Below, piece by piece: positions 38,491-50,849 of a stretch of 64,000 nt of DNA. Origin of the DNA: Fistulifera solaris (taxonomy: Eukaryota); contig AP026151.1 in NCBI GenBank assembly GCA_030295235.1, positions 310,001-374,000 on the forward strand. The letters are read 5' to 3'. Made by a program: the position numbers and the translations under genes. The notes under the pieces are model-generated. The model did no database searches and was not told where the DNA came from. It worked only from the letters and a program-made list of their open reading frames with translations. Each line of letters opens with the position of its first letter. Within the stretch, counting starts at the first letter, position 1.

Positions 38491-38777
38491 GAAATGTTAA
38501 GGGTTGCATTTTTTAAACCCCAAAGTTAGTACTTACACCATCATAGTCAACTTTATCCGGTAGTTCTTAGTACTATATTAAAGTTATAAACGTGTTTTCT
38601 ATATAATGAGAAAACCAATAACCGGTAGTGAAAATAAAATTCTTTCAAAAAATTTGCGCTCACAAATCCGAAGCGACAACGACGAAATGAGAACAGTTTA
38701 TTGATGCTCAACGCAAGGAGCAATGACTTTAGGTTCGTCGACAATGGTCATCTTGCCACAATAATTCATAATCAATC

Positions 38778-40239
38778 ATGTTGCTTTCCGTTGTCATAAT
38801 TAGCCTAGTATGCCTTGCTGTCTCTCAGCCACTGGGAGGCGATGCCGGTCGAAGAATGGAGTTTATCAATCTGACGGGCAAAAGGTCGATATCGATTGGC
38901 AGGATCCTAGCACTGGTGCGACTTATCCACTTGCGTCGAATACCCCCGAGAATCAGAGCATATCGTTCAATTCATTTGCCAATCACAAATTTGTTATTCG
39001 TGCACATGCAAATGAAAATTCAACGGTGCATGAAGTAATCGTTCAAGTTCTGGAAGACCAAATGGACCAGAAAGTTGTTCTGAAGGAGGGTCTTGAAGTA
39101 GAACGTTTATTAGTTAATTATGAAAGGATTTCATATGAGAAGGAGGACGAGGCCGATGTGTCGTCCAGCTCTGCAAATTACATAATTGGCTTAACTGGGG
39201 GTGACTCACAGAAAGCTGCCCATACAGTGCTCGAGAAATGCCGCAAGGAAGCCTCGCTCCGACTGGCGATGGGTGTGAACGTGGATAGAGTATCCGAGTC
39301 GCTTTCGTCGTGTATGGAACAGCAGGCGTCAGCTGTCCTAATGGACATGGATGAAAAGCTTTCTGTTCAAGCGTCCGTGCTAAAGCAAATATCAACGTTG
39401 GCCGAAAACTACACATGTGCCGATCCGCTTAAGGAAACGAATGAACCTATTGAAGAGAGAACTTGGGAATACGAAGGCGTTTCCCGTAATGTTGGTGTTC
39501 TTCACAATAGACCATCAAGTCAGATTCATGTGCTCCATGATTTCATTTCTGCCGAAGAGTGCGAAGCTATCCGAAAGGCCGCCGAACCGACACTACACCG
39601 TGGGACGGTTGCGGATGGGGCTGGTGGTAGTAAACTAAGCGAGAATCGAAAGGCTTGGCAAGCAGGTGTTACGTACGACGCTGAGAATCCAAACGATCCT
39701 ATTCTGATGGTCAAGAAAAGGCTTTTTGCTTACGCGAACAATGTCACTGGATATGAAATGGAATTGCCCGGTCAAGAGGATCTGATGTCAATCCAATACT
39801 TTGGAAGTGGAGTTGATAACCCAACTCCCGATCGCTATACCCCTCATTGTAAGTATTCGAGATGTTTACTGATCGAGCCGTCATTTTTCTCATACTCATC
39901 TCATCGTCTCTAGGTGACGGGGAATGTAACGGATTCCCGCACAAGAAAGGTGGCCGTGTCGCCACCATGGTAATGTACTGTGATGTTCCTGAATTGGGCG
40001 GCGCGACCAACTTTCAGCATGCTAACGTCTACGTCAAACCCAAAGTTGGGGCAGCCGCTTTTTTCTCATACCTCAACCCAACCACAAGAAAATCCGAAGA
40101 AGGTTTTACCACTCACTCAGGCTGCCCTGTCCTTCTTGGAACGAAAAGGATTGCTGTGCAGTGGATGCGAATAGGGGTGACCTCCGACGAACCATGGGAT
40201 TCCTTCGATACAAACACTATTTCAAAGAAGAAGTACTAA
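38778..40239 (+). CDS. Secretory-pathway prolyl 4-hydroxylase (2OG-Fe(II) dioxygenase) with an N-terminal VHL-beta-like domain
   Basis: Signal peptide; frameshift in the A-run near 38882. VLHDFISAEEC, then YTPH-CDG (HxD) across intron 39849-39913, RVATMVMY, GGATNF and HSGCPV..GTKRIAVQWMR. Confidence 0.88.
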
Positions 40240-40294
40240 AGAGAGTTTGATTTTTGTTTTTTCTATTTGTTTATATTTTGAATTGATTTTGTTT

Positions 40295-43011
40295 CTATGC
40301 CTCTGGGTCTACCCACAGCTTGCACTCCTCACCGATCGGTGCCATCCAGGTTACCGTGTCGGTGATTGTGTTCTCATAGTAAAATTTACCATCTGCGTCT
40401 CTGTGTTGTATCCATACAACATCCAGTTCTCTTTCAAACTGCTTGCCAGCGTCCGATTTCTTTTGAATCCACCAAAAGTACAAGATGGGGTAAACGAACA
40501 TGCAAATGAGCACCGGCCAAGGGAAAGCTCCGGCCACTAACTGCTTCGCTCTGTACTTGTTCGGATCTGCATGGACTTGGATACGAATTGTTTTCCGCAA
40601 TAGCTGGCATGTGGGTGTCCAGAAGGATTCCTCTGGTGTGCTTAGAACGTCAATTGGGCAATCACCAAAAAGAATCGCAATCTGTAGCTTTGTCTCGCCG
40701 GCTTGGTGATTCTGATATTCGAGGTTGCTGAATATAAGGGTCATGTCTTCGGGAAAGGCTCTGAACGTTACATTTCCCCTCGCCATGGATCTTCTCCCGT
40801 GTACAAGTTCTGTGTACTTCCATCCGGCCTCTTTCAGACTCACGAATCCATGAGGAATATCGACAATGACGGTAGCTTTGCGCGAGCGAAAGCCGCTGCT
40901 TCCGATGCTGATTCCATTGATTGCAACCAAACTGCAGTCTTCGTTTAAGTTCTGGCTACCGCTGCATGTTGCGTTTGTCATCTTGTGTAACGAAGACTCT
41001 TGCACCTTTATTGTTTCTGTAGGAAGTGTCAACGACAACTGATCCAACTGGCACACAACTTGGATTTTGTGGGAAAAGCCATCCGAGGTGCTCGCGATTT
41101 CGGACGAGTTACCAACAAAGGCAACCACACGGAAAAGAAAGTAGCATTCGCTGTTGTCTTTCCGTGACACATTTCCAGAGACGGATTGTATGTAAACGCA
41201 AATCCATTTTCGTACGGAAATGCGTCGCTCATATCGTCCAGTAGCTGTCCCGCTTCAACTCGGCCCTTGGGTCCTAACAGCTGTCCTTGTGTGTCGACTG
41301 AATCTACGAAAAGACTGATTCTTCGTTTCATACCAGAGTTGTCGGCCCCGCAAACAACGATGTTCTTTTCGTTTCTTACACCTTGCTGGATAATTGACGC
41401 CGTTGAGTTGCCGCTCAAAGCCGATAGGATTCGAATCGGCACCACTTCCTCCGTTGACCAAAGTCCGCCTTGATCTTGAACTCGGAAGGAAAACGAATCT
41501 TGTGCTCCTTCACTTCCGTGAACGGCGGGAACGGATACTTCATCCGATAACAGGTCGTAGTCAATGTAGATTGATCCAGAATCGTCGCTGCTCCCAACTA
41601 TATTGTTCAGCAAAGTCAAGGGTGTCCCGTGATGCAAATTATCTTCACGAAACGCGTTCACCGAGAGGTGCAAGCGTCCGTATTGGGGCGGCTGGGTGAT
41701 CTCAAAATTGCGAATCGAGTCACCAATATCTTTGTCAAAGCCGCTGAGTTGGATTCGGCTTTGCGATCCTTCGTACAAACGAACTTCCTCAACCGGCAAG
41801 GCAATGGGCGGATCGTTCACGGAGAGAACTCGAACGGTGGCAGTGGAAATCGCTTCACATTGTCGGGAGTGAAACAATGTAGCGTCCGACCAGACGCAAA
41901 ACTCAAAGCTGGTCATGTCCGCATCTTCCGAGTGCTGATCCAACGGAGGAACGTAGATCAGCTCTCCGATGGGCGATTCCACCGAAATGAGACTGAACTG
42001 AGACGAAGGACTCTTGATTGGGCTACCATTCGCTTGATAAAGTCGGCCCACTGTCGGCAGGGTCACCAAGTAAAAACACACGCGCGGCAATGGCACTGGT
42101 GCTGTCACATTGTGATCGGTCTGCAACTCGCGAACGACAATGTTTTTGGACGTGTATGGGAGCACAATTCGCCCGGTGTCTTCCAACGGCGCCTCGGTGC
42201 GATACCAATCATTTTCGTGCGATCCTGGTACATCTTCGGCGTCTTCATGGATCACAAACGCCGCATCTTGACTCTGGGGAATAGAAGCGGGCAACCCTTG
42301 AAGAATCAGATCATTCGCGTTGGGTGAATCGCCAGAAAACAAGGTCATTTGATGCAGAATACCCTTCCACACGGAAGAATCCGACAGAGGATAACCCATG
42401 AAGATCAATTTTGTCGAGATCCATGACTTCAAACTGAATCGCTGCCGTGCAAGGGTAGCCGATGTCCCATTGATGAAAATCTCTTGGCTGTTATCGTTCA
42501 ACGTCACAAGGAAATGCGTCATGCCTTGCGTCTTGTTCAAACCCACGCGAATCGACTGGCAGGGCTCAACGAACTGGTCGGCCGTACGATAGGTGATCAA
42601 GAAGCTGTCCCGTTGCTGATGCACTTGGAAATCAATTCCCTGTTGATCACAAATCGATAATCCCTGCAGATTCTTCTTCCCCACAATTGTCATAATAGTT
42701 TTGCGGTCTTCCGGTGTCACAGTATCCAATTCGAGCCAAAGTTCAATCGATAGATTGTTTCTCACCAGAAGCGAGTCGAGCTTTCCGTTCGAATGCATAT
42801 GAAACGCCTGGGTGTCATTGTCGCTCGCTTGAATACCCATGGAGGCATCACAACTGGTCGTATTCTTGTTGCGAACGAGCTGAATATCACCCGTCCCGAA
42901 GATTCCCTTGTCCAGGCAAGTCTCTCGCGTGAACGAAAATCGTCGAACGGCATTCTGCGCAGTGACCAAGCTGCAGAGCAAGACCGTCAAGGCGAATGAG
43001 AAGGATCGCAT
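40295..43011 (-). CDS. Type I membrane protein: LamG-like and cadherin/Ig-like ectodomain, TM helix, cytosolic WW domain
   Basis: Signal peptide MRSFSFALTVLLCSLVTA; LSIELWL...THFLVTL...IFING (LamG-like); VLSVNDPPIA and DSFSFRVQD (cadherin-like); frameshift near 41165; TM AFPWPVLICMFVYPILYFWWI; WIQHRDADGKFYYENTITDTVTWMAP (WW). Confidence 0.78.
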
Positions 43012-43144
43012 GGTGGTCAAAGGTTGATGAATGAAAAGTAGTTGCTGTTGTTGCTGCTGTCTTTAAATCGCTCACAATACAGTGAATGATTTTGGACGTC
43101 AAGTCGTTTTATGAGCATGTTGTTGAGAGAGAAAAGGAATTGCA

Positions 43145-43193
43145 GGAGACCAGTTTTCATTTGCTTGCAATAAAAAAATGAAAACTGGTCTCC
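43145..43193. repeat. Perfect 18-bp inverted repeat with 13-nt loop in a divergent promoter
   Basis: GGAGACCAGTTTTCATTT (43145-43162) and AAATGAAAACTGGTCTCC (43176-43193); a partial third arm GAGACCAGTTT is at 43207. Confidence 0.9.
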
Positions 43194-43448
43194 ATGTTGT
43201 TGCGGCGAGACCAGTTTATTTCGCTTGAAAAATTTCGACGCGACTCACCGACGGCCAGACGGTTATAGTGTATGTGAAAATCGTGTTCTGTACCAGTAAG
43301 GCGAATACATGTTTTCCGCCGTTGTTTGCGACTTGCGACCTGTTGACTTTCTCACGCGCATTATTGAACGGCAACAATAATAAACCATGCAACAAACGAT
43401 CGCAACACAAACTATATAAAAAGACTACGTAGTATTATCTTGACGAAA

Positions 43449-44490
43449 ATGACAGAATTATCACCCACTTCCCCCACGCGACAACCGCGATCATCACTGG
43501 GCAATCAGGCCCGTAATTTGCTGCGAATCCCCACAAGTCGATTGGCATCGCCCAAGGGGCCTCCGATTCTGGTCGAGCTGTTCTTGAATCAAGGAATTAT
43601 AACGGTGGGTTGGGTCGGGCAACCGCGACATCAAGTCCTTCGCTTTGTAAGCATACCGAGCCGTATTCTGACAGCTCCCGAGTATTATCGCGAGTACGCG
43701 AGTATTCTTCTCGAAGCGATGGAGTGGTTGGGGAGTGAAAGCCGCCAATCGACGTGTTTGCGTGTGTCACGATTATGGATACGATCTACCGACCGCTTGT
43801 CAAGAAGCTGTCGAACGTATCTTGCTGTTGACAGCGGGAGTCGAAGCCGTGTCGTTTCAGAATACATGGTGGACGGTTCCCGCCGCAGTGCCGGCGATTT
43901 CAGATGCCTTACTGGTGGCTGTGACGATGACCGGAGTTCATTGTTACGCGTACGCCGCCGGAGATGTGTTGCCGTTTACATTTCAGTCTTGTACGACGAA
44001 TCAACACTATACGGCGCAAACGCCCGCAGCGGAATGGCAACAACAGCTCCAACAATGGCTCACTTCGAGAGAAAACAATTTGATTACCGCAATGTTGGCT
44101 TGTTTACAAGCTTGCCCACGAGCCGCTCGTAGTGCTGTTGTACATAATATTTGGTTGGTAGGATATGGAATAGTGGATGTACCACGATACAGCCATATGG
44201 TTGCCAAGACGTTGAAACTGCGACTCGAAGGCCACTCTCCAACAGTTTCACAAGATTCAAATCCAGCTGTAGAGAACGATGATTCGACTCCCCAATCGAC
44301 ACAATTTCCTATTGGTATCAAAGAATTACAGCCTTTAGCTCCCCACGTTTCTGCTTTGATGGTGGACTCGTCTGATTTGACATGGTTGGGTGCTAGTCGA
44401 TGGGCCCACCGCCTGCACGGTGTCGATCCGGATGCAAAATCGTTTCAGTGGAAATTTGCAAGTCCCAGTGACCCAGCCAGGAAAGACTAG
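43449..44490 (+). CDS. Highly divergent actin-related protein (Arp10/Arp11-like)
   Basis: PILVEL...ITVGWVG, LLTAGVEAVSF, LACLQACPRAARSAVVHNIWLVG and LTWLGAS are in actin-fold motif order; frameshift near 43730. Confidence 0.55.
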
Positions 44491-44665
44491 GAAAACACAC
44501 ATCATCCAAGCATATTTTTATGCATTATGCTATTCCCTAATCAACCGTTCATCTGCGAAACAGGTAGCGATGCAACCACTGTTTGGTTGCTCAAAGAAGC
44601 GCAGGCAAGAAAACGATTAGTCTCGCGATACATAGCAGTTCGGCGAACTTCTGCCCTATCCGTTG

Positions 44666-45838
44666 CTAGAACTGGCCCACCAAGAACCCAAACACCTCTA
44701 AATCTACGATGTAAAAATTTCCATCTTCACATAAAGGTTCATTGTCAAATGTAGCACAGTGCCCGGTACTTCCGACCTGAAAATCTTCTTGTAAACAAAG
44801 TCCAAATGCTCCATCCTCGCCTCCACCACCAAAAGCAATTCGCTTATGACTCGTATCGCACAATTGCACGTATCGATTCGCGCCCGTCCACTTGTAGGGT
44901 CGAATATTCCCATCCACGACCTTGAATAAGCAAGCGGTAGAGCCACCAAAGAAATTCGTCCCACCGTGACCATGTGGCTCCCACGTCGCGTCGGCATATC
45001 CACCAAAGACATCCCCCTTGGTCGTTCGCACAATTAACAATGTCTTACTGTCGTCTTTGATATAACGCAAACACATGTCAAAGTCGTCACCATCCCGTGC
45101 GAGACTGTAGAGACGTTTCCACCGACAGTACGCGATACTGCGGGGCAGCACATGGACCGCAATTTGTTGCATTTGGACCGAGGAAAGAATGTACGGATTG
45201 GACTCCAGATCGTCTTCCGGTTCGACTCGTACGGGAGGAATGAATTCCGCATCGAGGTCTGCACGATCGGCTTGAAGAGACAACTCCACCGTTACTCCAT
45301 CCCCCGAAATCGACAGCTTTTGTCTATTTTCATCCTCGTCTTCCTCTTCGTCGCAGGTCGATTTCCGATCCGACTCGGATTTTTGGGAAAAAGAATACAA
45401 AATATTCGAGAAAACGGAATTGTTGTCAGTCTTTTGGCTCTCTCGCTGGGCTTCTTTGAGTATTTGCAGCTGTCGTTCCGCTTGATTTCGTAAATACATT
45501 CGTTTTCGTCCTTCTCGTTGTTTCCGTACCCAGGCAAATCCCTGTGCCATGATTCCTACCGATAAGGCATTCGCATTCTCGGGTGTCAACGGCGGAGGAA
45601 TGACTCGGGGAGGGACAGGGCGGCTTTCGTTTAAATCCGGAGCATTGAGCGACGGATTGTTGCTCAAAGGAAAGACTCGACACGTTCGTGAGGGAGAATC
45701 GAGCACATTTTCTCCAACCAATGCGGCAGCCGACGCGAGAGCATCGTGATATTCATCTTCCTCGCGCTGTGAGGCATCGGATGTCCAGTGGCTATTATTC
45801 CAGTCCTCGTCGTCTCCGAACCTCTCGTTATTCGCCAT
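44666..45838 (-). CDS. TLDc-domain protein (OXR1/NCOA7-like)
   Basis: WKRLYSLARDG, GDVFGGY, YKWTGANRY, FGGGG..GAFGL, CATFDNEPL and LEVFGF. Confidence 0.92.
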   Translation of the reverse strand: MANNERFGDDEDWNNSHWTSDASQREEDEYHDALASAAALVGENVLDSPSRTCRVFPLSNNPSLNAPDLNESRPVPPRVIPPPLTPENANALSVGIMAQGFAWVRKQREGRKRMYLRNQAERQLQILKEAQRESQKTDNNSVFSNILYSFSQKSESDRKSTCDEEEDEDENRQKLSISGDGVTVELSLQADRADLDAEFIPPVRVEPEDDLESNPYILSSVQMQQIAVHVLPRSIAYCRWKRLYSLARDGDDFDMCLRYIKDDSKTLLIVRTTKGDVFGGYADATWEPHGHGGTNFFGGSTACLFKVVDGNIRPYKWTGANRYVQLCDTSHKRIAFGGGGEDGAFGLCLQEDFQVGSTGHCATFDNEPLCEDGNFYIVDLEVFGFLVGQF

Positions 45839-46658
45839 TTTTCTCTTTCGATTAATGATTAAAGCAACGACTGCGATTCAACGACAATGTTGAGCCATAT
45901 AAATAGTTTTCAAAAGGCTTATTATGGTAATGCAAGGATTTTTTGTAGCACGACGATTGTGCGTGCGCTGCGTGCGGCCGCCTACAATGCGAGAGGTCAT
46001 AGGGTTAGGGATCATTTGTGGTATGTACACTGTTGTTTGTCAATCGGGCCCACATTTACATGTACTTCTAGCTTTTCGTGTTACTCCTCAAAAAATGCAC
46101 TCCAGCAGCTTCAGAATACATGAGCAATGGTGAAAGAACAACAATAGCGAGAACAACATTGTGAGTACGAAAGCATCCTTCATCGCTCATGACTGAATTG
46201 CAGTCGCGAAAAAAGTCGTCTACATTTCGAGTCTATATTCGGGGAACTAACGACGTTAGTAACTTCGATTACAGATACTTCTAAGATCATTACATTTGAT
46301 CGAGACAACAGTTTAATGTTAGAAAAAAATGAACATGGCCATGTTGAAGGTAGTGAGCATTGACGACGACTTACATCCTAGTCCAAAAATCGTGACTCAT
46401 GACTGAATCATAACAGTCGTGGAAAAGTTGTGGTTGCACTCTTTGGAGCTATAGCATAAAACCATCCTAATGTCGTACCAGTACCAGGTAGCGTTGCATG
46501 ATGAGAGCATTGATGCATGATGGCGCTCGTTGCGATGCGGGGATGCTGCAATGATTTTTGTTTCATTATTCGTATAACGGCTGTGCTTTGTTCTTGCACT
46601 GCTTCCTTTTACTAATCGTGTAAACATATATCGAAATGCTTTCATTTACTCGAGCACG

Positions 46659-48140
46659 ATGGCAGATTCCTGTTGGTTCGAAACGATCCCGGCTGAGGAA
46701 TTCGACGACAACAAAATTTGCTCATGACGCAGCTTCGCGCGACCAAGTGGATTAGAAACATGCAGTTTTACCGGAAGACTCATTCACCTCTCGACGTAAC
46801 TCATCTCAGTGAATTTCTTTATGACGACAACAAGCTTGTTTGGTGGGACGAAGAAAGCTTCCTGATGACGAGGTTTCCCAGCGACAGTCAAGTCAAAGTT
46901 TCGAAATGGGACTACAACAATTCATTTTACAAATCAAAGTGAGGTGTACGTGTATGGGATGACAAAGCAAAGTGTAGCGCAAGCTATAGGAAAGATCTTA
47001 GTTTTGAAAGACACAGCCTTTGACGCCGTCGATATTGGATCATATTATCCTGTTGAACCCTGTCCCCTTACCCCCACTGCCTTCATCACTTCTCGCTTTC
47101 TTGTTGAATATAGGGAAGTAAATCCAAGTCGACGACTCAATCTCGGTGGCAGTTGTGAGCTTTCTATTGAGGAATCGCTCGCATTGGCGTCTCATCCAGT
47201 GCTTCCAAACCTGGGTCTAGGATGTACATTTGCTGACCAGGGACGTGCATTTGTCGAAGTACTAGCCAAACGAACGACTCACTTTGGTACAATTGAGTTC
47301 TTCGGGCACTCCGTTCACGATCTCTGCGCCATGTATTCCCTCCTTGAACCCCATTGCGACGTCAAGAGTGCAATTTCGAAATTTTCGATGGAAACGTGTA
47401 ACTTATTTTTTGAAGGGTCGAAGTGTCTCCTACCGCTGTCTTTACCGTTGAAGCATCTGGAGTACCACGTTTTCGACCCAATGGCACTGGGTGAGAATGA
47501 ACCGCTTGTTGTCGTTCCTCACGCAGTAACGGTACTTTTGCGGTTCGCTGCCAGCTCAGTTTCATACACAGTTTCTTCTGGCTAGTAAACAACTACAAGA
47601 ACTAGGGATTGTCTATGATTTTTCTCGCCCGCCATCAGCGGTACAACAAGAAGAACTTTTACAAGCGATCCGAACAAACAAAAATCTGCATCACCTCGAG
47701 GTCGGCTGTATAAACACTCTTGGCAATTTTTGGGAAGAGGTGCTTGAGGTAATCGGATTACATTGTAGTCTGAAGTCGGTTGTTTTCTGGGTTCGACAGC
47801 ACCGCCCAGATAAAAAGCAAGTGAAAACTTTGCTCCCTTTTCTACGGAAGCATCGTCATTTGGATATTTCTTTCAAACTTGAAAGTCGCTGGCCAGACAT
47901 TATCCGGAAAAGGAAATTTTAGAGCCAGTACGTCTCCTCAATTGTGTCAATGGTTTGGCCCGTCAGTCCATCGATGACCGGCCGACACTATTTCAGACTG
48001 CTTTGACCTGCTGGGCAAGTGGGGACTCTTCGAGATTGTATCTACTGTTGAGCGAAAATGCCGATTTGCTTTGCTCCTTCCTGGGCGACCTTGCTATTGG
48101 GGACACTCAACACCGCAGAAAACGACAAAGACCGCTATAA
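46659..48140 (+). pseudogene. Lineage-specific LRR-like family gene with many frameshifts (pseudogene or assembly errors)
   Basis: Starts MADSCWFETIPAEEF. Consecutive same-strand fragments 46718..46942, 46944..47585, 47740..47922 and 47955..48140 are in different frames and end in an NLS-like RRKRQR. Confidence 0.5.
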
Positions 48141-48600
48141 TTTTTCCTTGTTTTTCATATAGCAACCATAGCATGCATATAAGTCAATAACTTCACTAAA
48201 AATTAAGCTGATTCGGTATCCTTAAAAAGCTTGGCAATTTCTGATAAAGAACGCATCGTACGTATCAGCCTGGGTCTCACACACGCGTGATCGACCTCCA
48301 TTCGCAACAACACGTAGATGCTGACCTTCCGATGTACATAAGACTTATATTCGCCGTCTCGTCGTGAAACGATCCCAGGCGTGGGACCTCAATGTGACTA
48401 CTTTAAAGATAAGATGCAGCTATCAGAGATGCATATTTTCGTCCACAGTATGTGCCCAAAGTGTCGCGAAGACGCGAAAAACCAAGTCTCATGCGGAGTT
48501 TTACACCAACTGGTTCCCTCAAATGATTCGGCAATGTGCAGTCGCATTTACAATGTCAAGCTTTGCGAAGCACATCGGCATACAAGAATACATCCATTAC

Positions 48601-50139
48601 TTAGGCTTTCTTGTTGGCAAGTAAGCGTTTGGGAAAATCACTCGCATCCAGACCTTTCAGAGAGAATAAACGTGACGCTCGCTCCTGCAGTGTTCCACCA
48701 CATTTCACTCCGATTGCCATCAAAGCACCTTTCAAGCGGTCCAGACCCAGTTCCTCTAGCTCTTCGATGGAGTTGTAATCGGTCAAGTTTAGCGGTTCAA
48801 CGACGAGAGTGCTCTGCTCTTTCGTTGCTGACTTGTCGGTATGCGTCGATTCATTCTGGTTCTGCTCCGCGTCAAGTTTCGACTCGACATTTTCGTCATA
48901 CGCATCGTCCGAGAAATCTTCCAGAGTTGTATCCTCTTGTGTCCTAACTTCACCGACTGCTGTACTTGATGCTACATGGTAACTCATCTCGTCCTTGTGG
49001 AGACGAAGTTCCACAATTTCTCCGGGATTGATACTGATCACCGGGAACAACCAGAGTCCTCTTTCCACTTCGAACGCAGTCCCCATGTCGTTCCCGTTCA
49101 CAAAATACGAAATAGTGCCAGTGGCGGCATTGTAGAGACAACCCACCACGTCATTGGCTTGCCACGGCTGTGTACCATACTCGTCGGTGTGTTCAGCATG
49201 CAGTCGTATCTGGCGACTTCCATCGTAACCCCAACTGTTGGGACAATCACCCACTCCATCCCCCCGACTCGGAGGATGGTTGAAAGGCCGAATTGGCCCA
49301 TCCGACTTGGACGACACCTCCGGTCAGAACCACAATTTCATAATAATAGAGCGCCACCGACACCGACTGCAAGACCACACCGACCGTACAAAAATTCGAT
49401 TGGCTTTGGAGTCGCCATCGGTGACTTTCGAAGGCCAGAGTGGCGTCACCGGAAAGCGTAATCAAGGCCGAAGGTGGATCGGGTTCCATTTTGGCGCGTT
49501 TTTGTTCACGCAGACCCGCTTGCAACGCTTGTTCCAGAGTCGACTGCACTTGGGAACTCGCTTCTTCCGCGGCTTCGACATAGGCATGTACTTGTCGTTC
49601 TTGTAACCGTTTTCCTTCTTCTTTTCGTTGACGCACGGCTTCTCGTTCCTTTTCCATTGATAAAACGCTCGTTTCCATTTCCGTTGTTCCTTCTTGGCCG
49701 ATACATCGGCCCACGCCGGTAATTGCAAATGCCAACCGGCAATACCGGTATCTGTATTCAGTAAAGCTTGTGTCATTTCTTCTTCCGTCGCGGTTCCGGC
49801 CTCGACGCGTCGTTTCCATTCCAACCACAGTTGCCCCTCAATGGCTTGATTGACGTGTTGCAATCGCCGTCCTTGCAAATCACGGCAAGCGCCAAAATTG
49901 GAGGTGGCCTTGGCCCCCGCTTGACGGGCTTGGCCCTTGAGGAGAGTTCCGAATCCCCCTTTTCCGCCTCTGAGCCCACTGAGAACCCGCACCGTCCCGA
50001 ACGGCGGATTCCATTCGCTCAATATCAAACGGGCTTGCGGCCAGCCCGTCGTGTCGGAAATCAGTTCTAAAATACGGTACGGATCGTGGGTCGCAAGAAC
50101 ATGCGTTTGGTTCTGAAAACGAATGAGTGATTGTTGCAT
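48601..50139 (-). CDS. SDE2: SDE2 homolog with an inserted SPRY domain
   Basis: [13 protein letters not shown] cleavage motif and [17 protein letters not shown] motifs YYYEI..LTGG..QVGWA, GVGD...SWGYDG and DVVGC. C-terminal [29 protein letters not shown]. Frameshifts near 49650 and 49262. Confidence 0.9.
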
Positions 50140-50247
50140 GATGATGAAGGAATGATAGAAAAAAGGAACTAATAGTCTATGATGCTGTCAATAATAAGAC
50201 AAAGAAATGTAATCAGAGACACGATAAAAAACAGCGGGGCAAGGGGC

Positions 50248-50513
50248 ACGTGAAAAAAGTCACCCGCCCACATTTTCTGGATACGTGAAAAAGTCACACC
50301 CCCACATTTTCTGGATACTTGAAAAATCACACTTCCACATTTTCTGGATACTTGAAAAATCACACTCCCACATTTTCTGGATACTTGAAAAATCACACTC
50401 CCACATTTTCTGGATACTTGAAAAAATCACACTTCCACATTTTCTGGATACTTGAAAACATCACACTCCCACATTTTCTGGAGACGTGAAAACATCACGC
50501 CCCCACATTTTGT
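50248..50513. repeat. Minisatellite of 8 units of 33-35 bp just upstream of SDE2
   Basis: Unit ACTTGAAAAATCACACTCCCACATTTTCTGGAT, head-to-tail with no spacers; the outer units are more diverged. Confidence 0.95.
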
Positions 50514-50849
50514 GTTGCAGCGAGATAAGCAAGTGACAATACAAGTTCCAGTAGGAACTAGGAACTCGGACGACTTTTGCAGGAAAACATTGCATTATAC
50601 CGACAATAACAACTTCATTCATTCCATTCCGTAACAAAGGTAGCAATCATGGTCCAAAATGGTGCTTACTAGGGCTTCGTAGACTAGCACTACTAGTTTG
50701 TTGCGAATGAGTTATGCTGACACATTCCTGGACTGAAAATTAATTGAATCGGAGAATAGAATCATTCGAAGCAATACCATAAGTGCTTTCGTCTGATGCC
50801 TTTTACCCCTTATTGCGGCTTGCATTGCAATAATGTTCCTACAACGCCT

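Noticed and set aside
41629..42327. Long antisense or alternate-frame ORFs (for example 41629..42327, 6706..7329, 15637..16248, 53587..54165)
   Set aside because: They overlap well-supported genes on the opposite strand and show no recognisable motifs; they are shadow ORFs.
50248..50513. 33-bp repeat array as a CRISPR array
   Set aside because: Units are head-to-tail with no unique spacers, there are no cas genes, and the context is eukaryotic.
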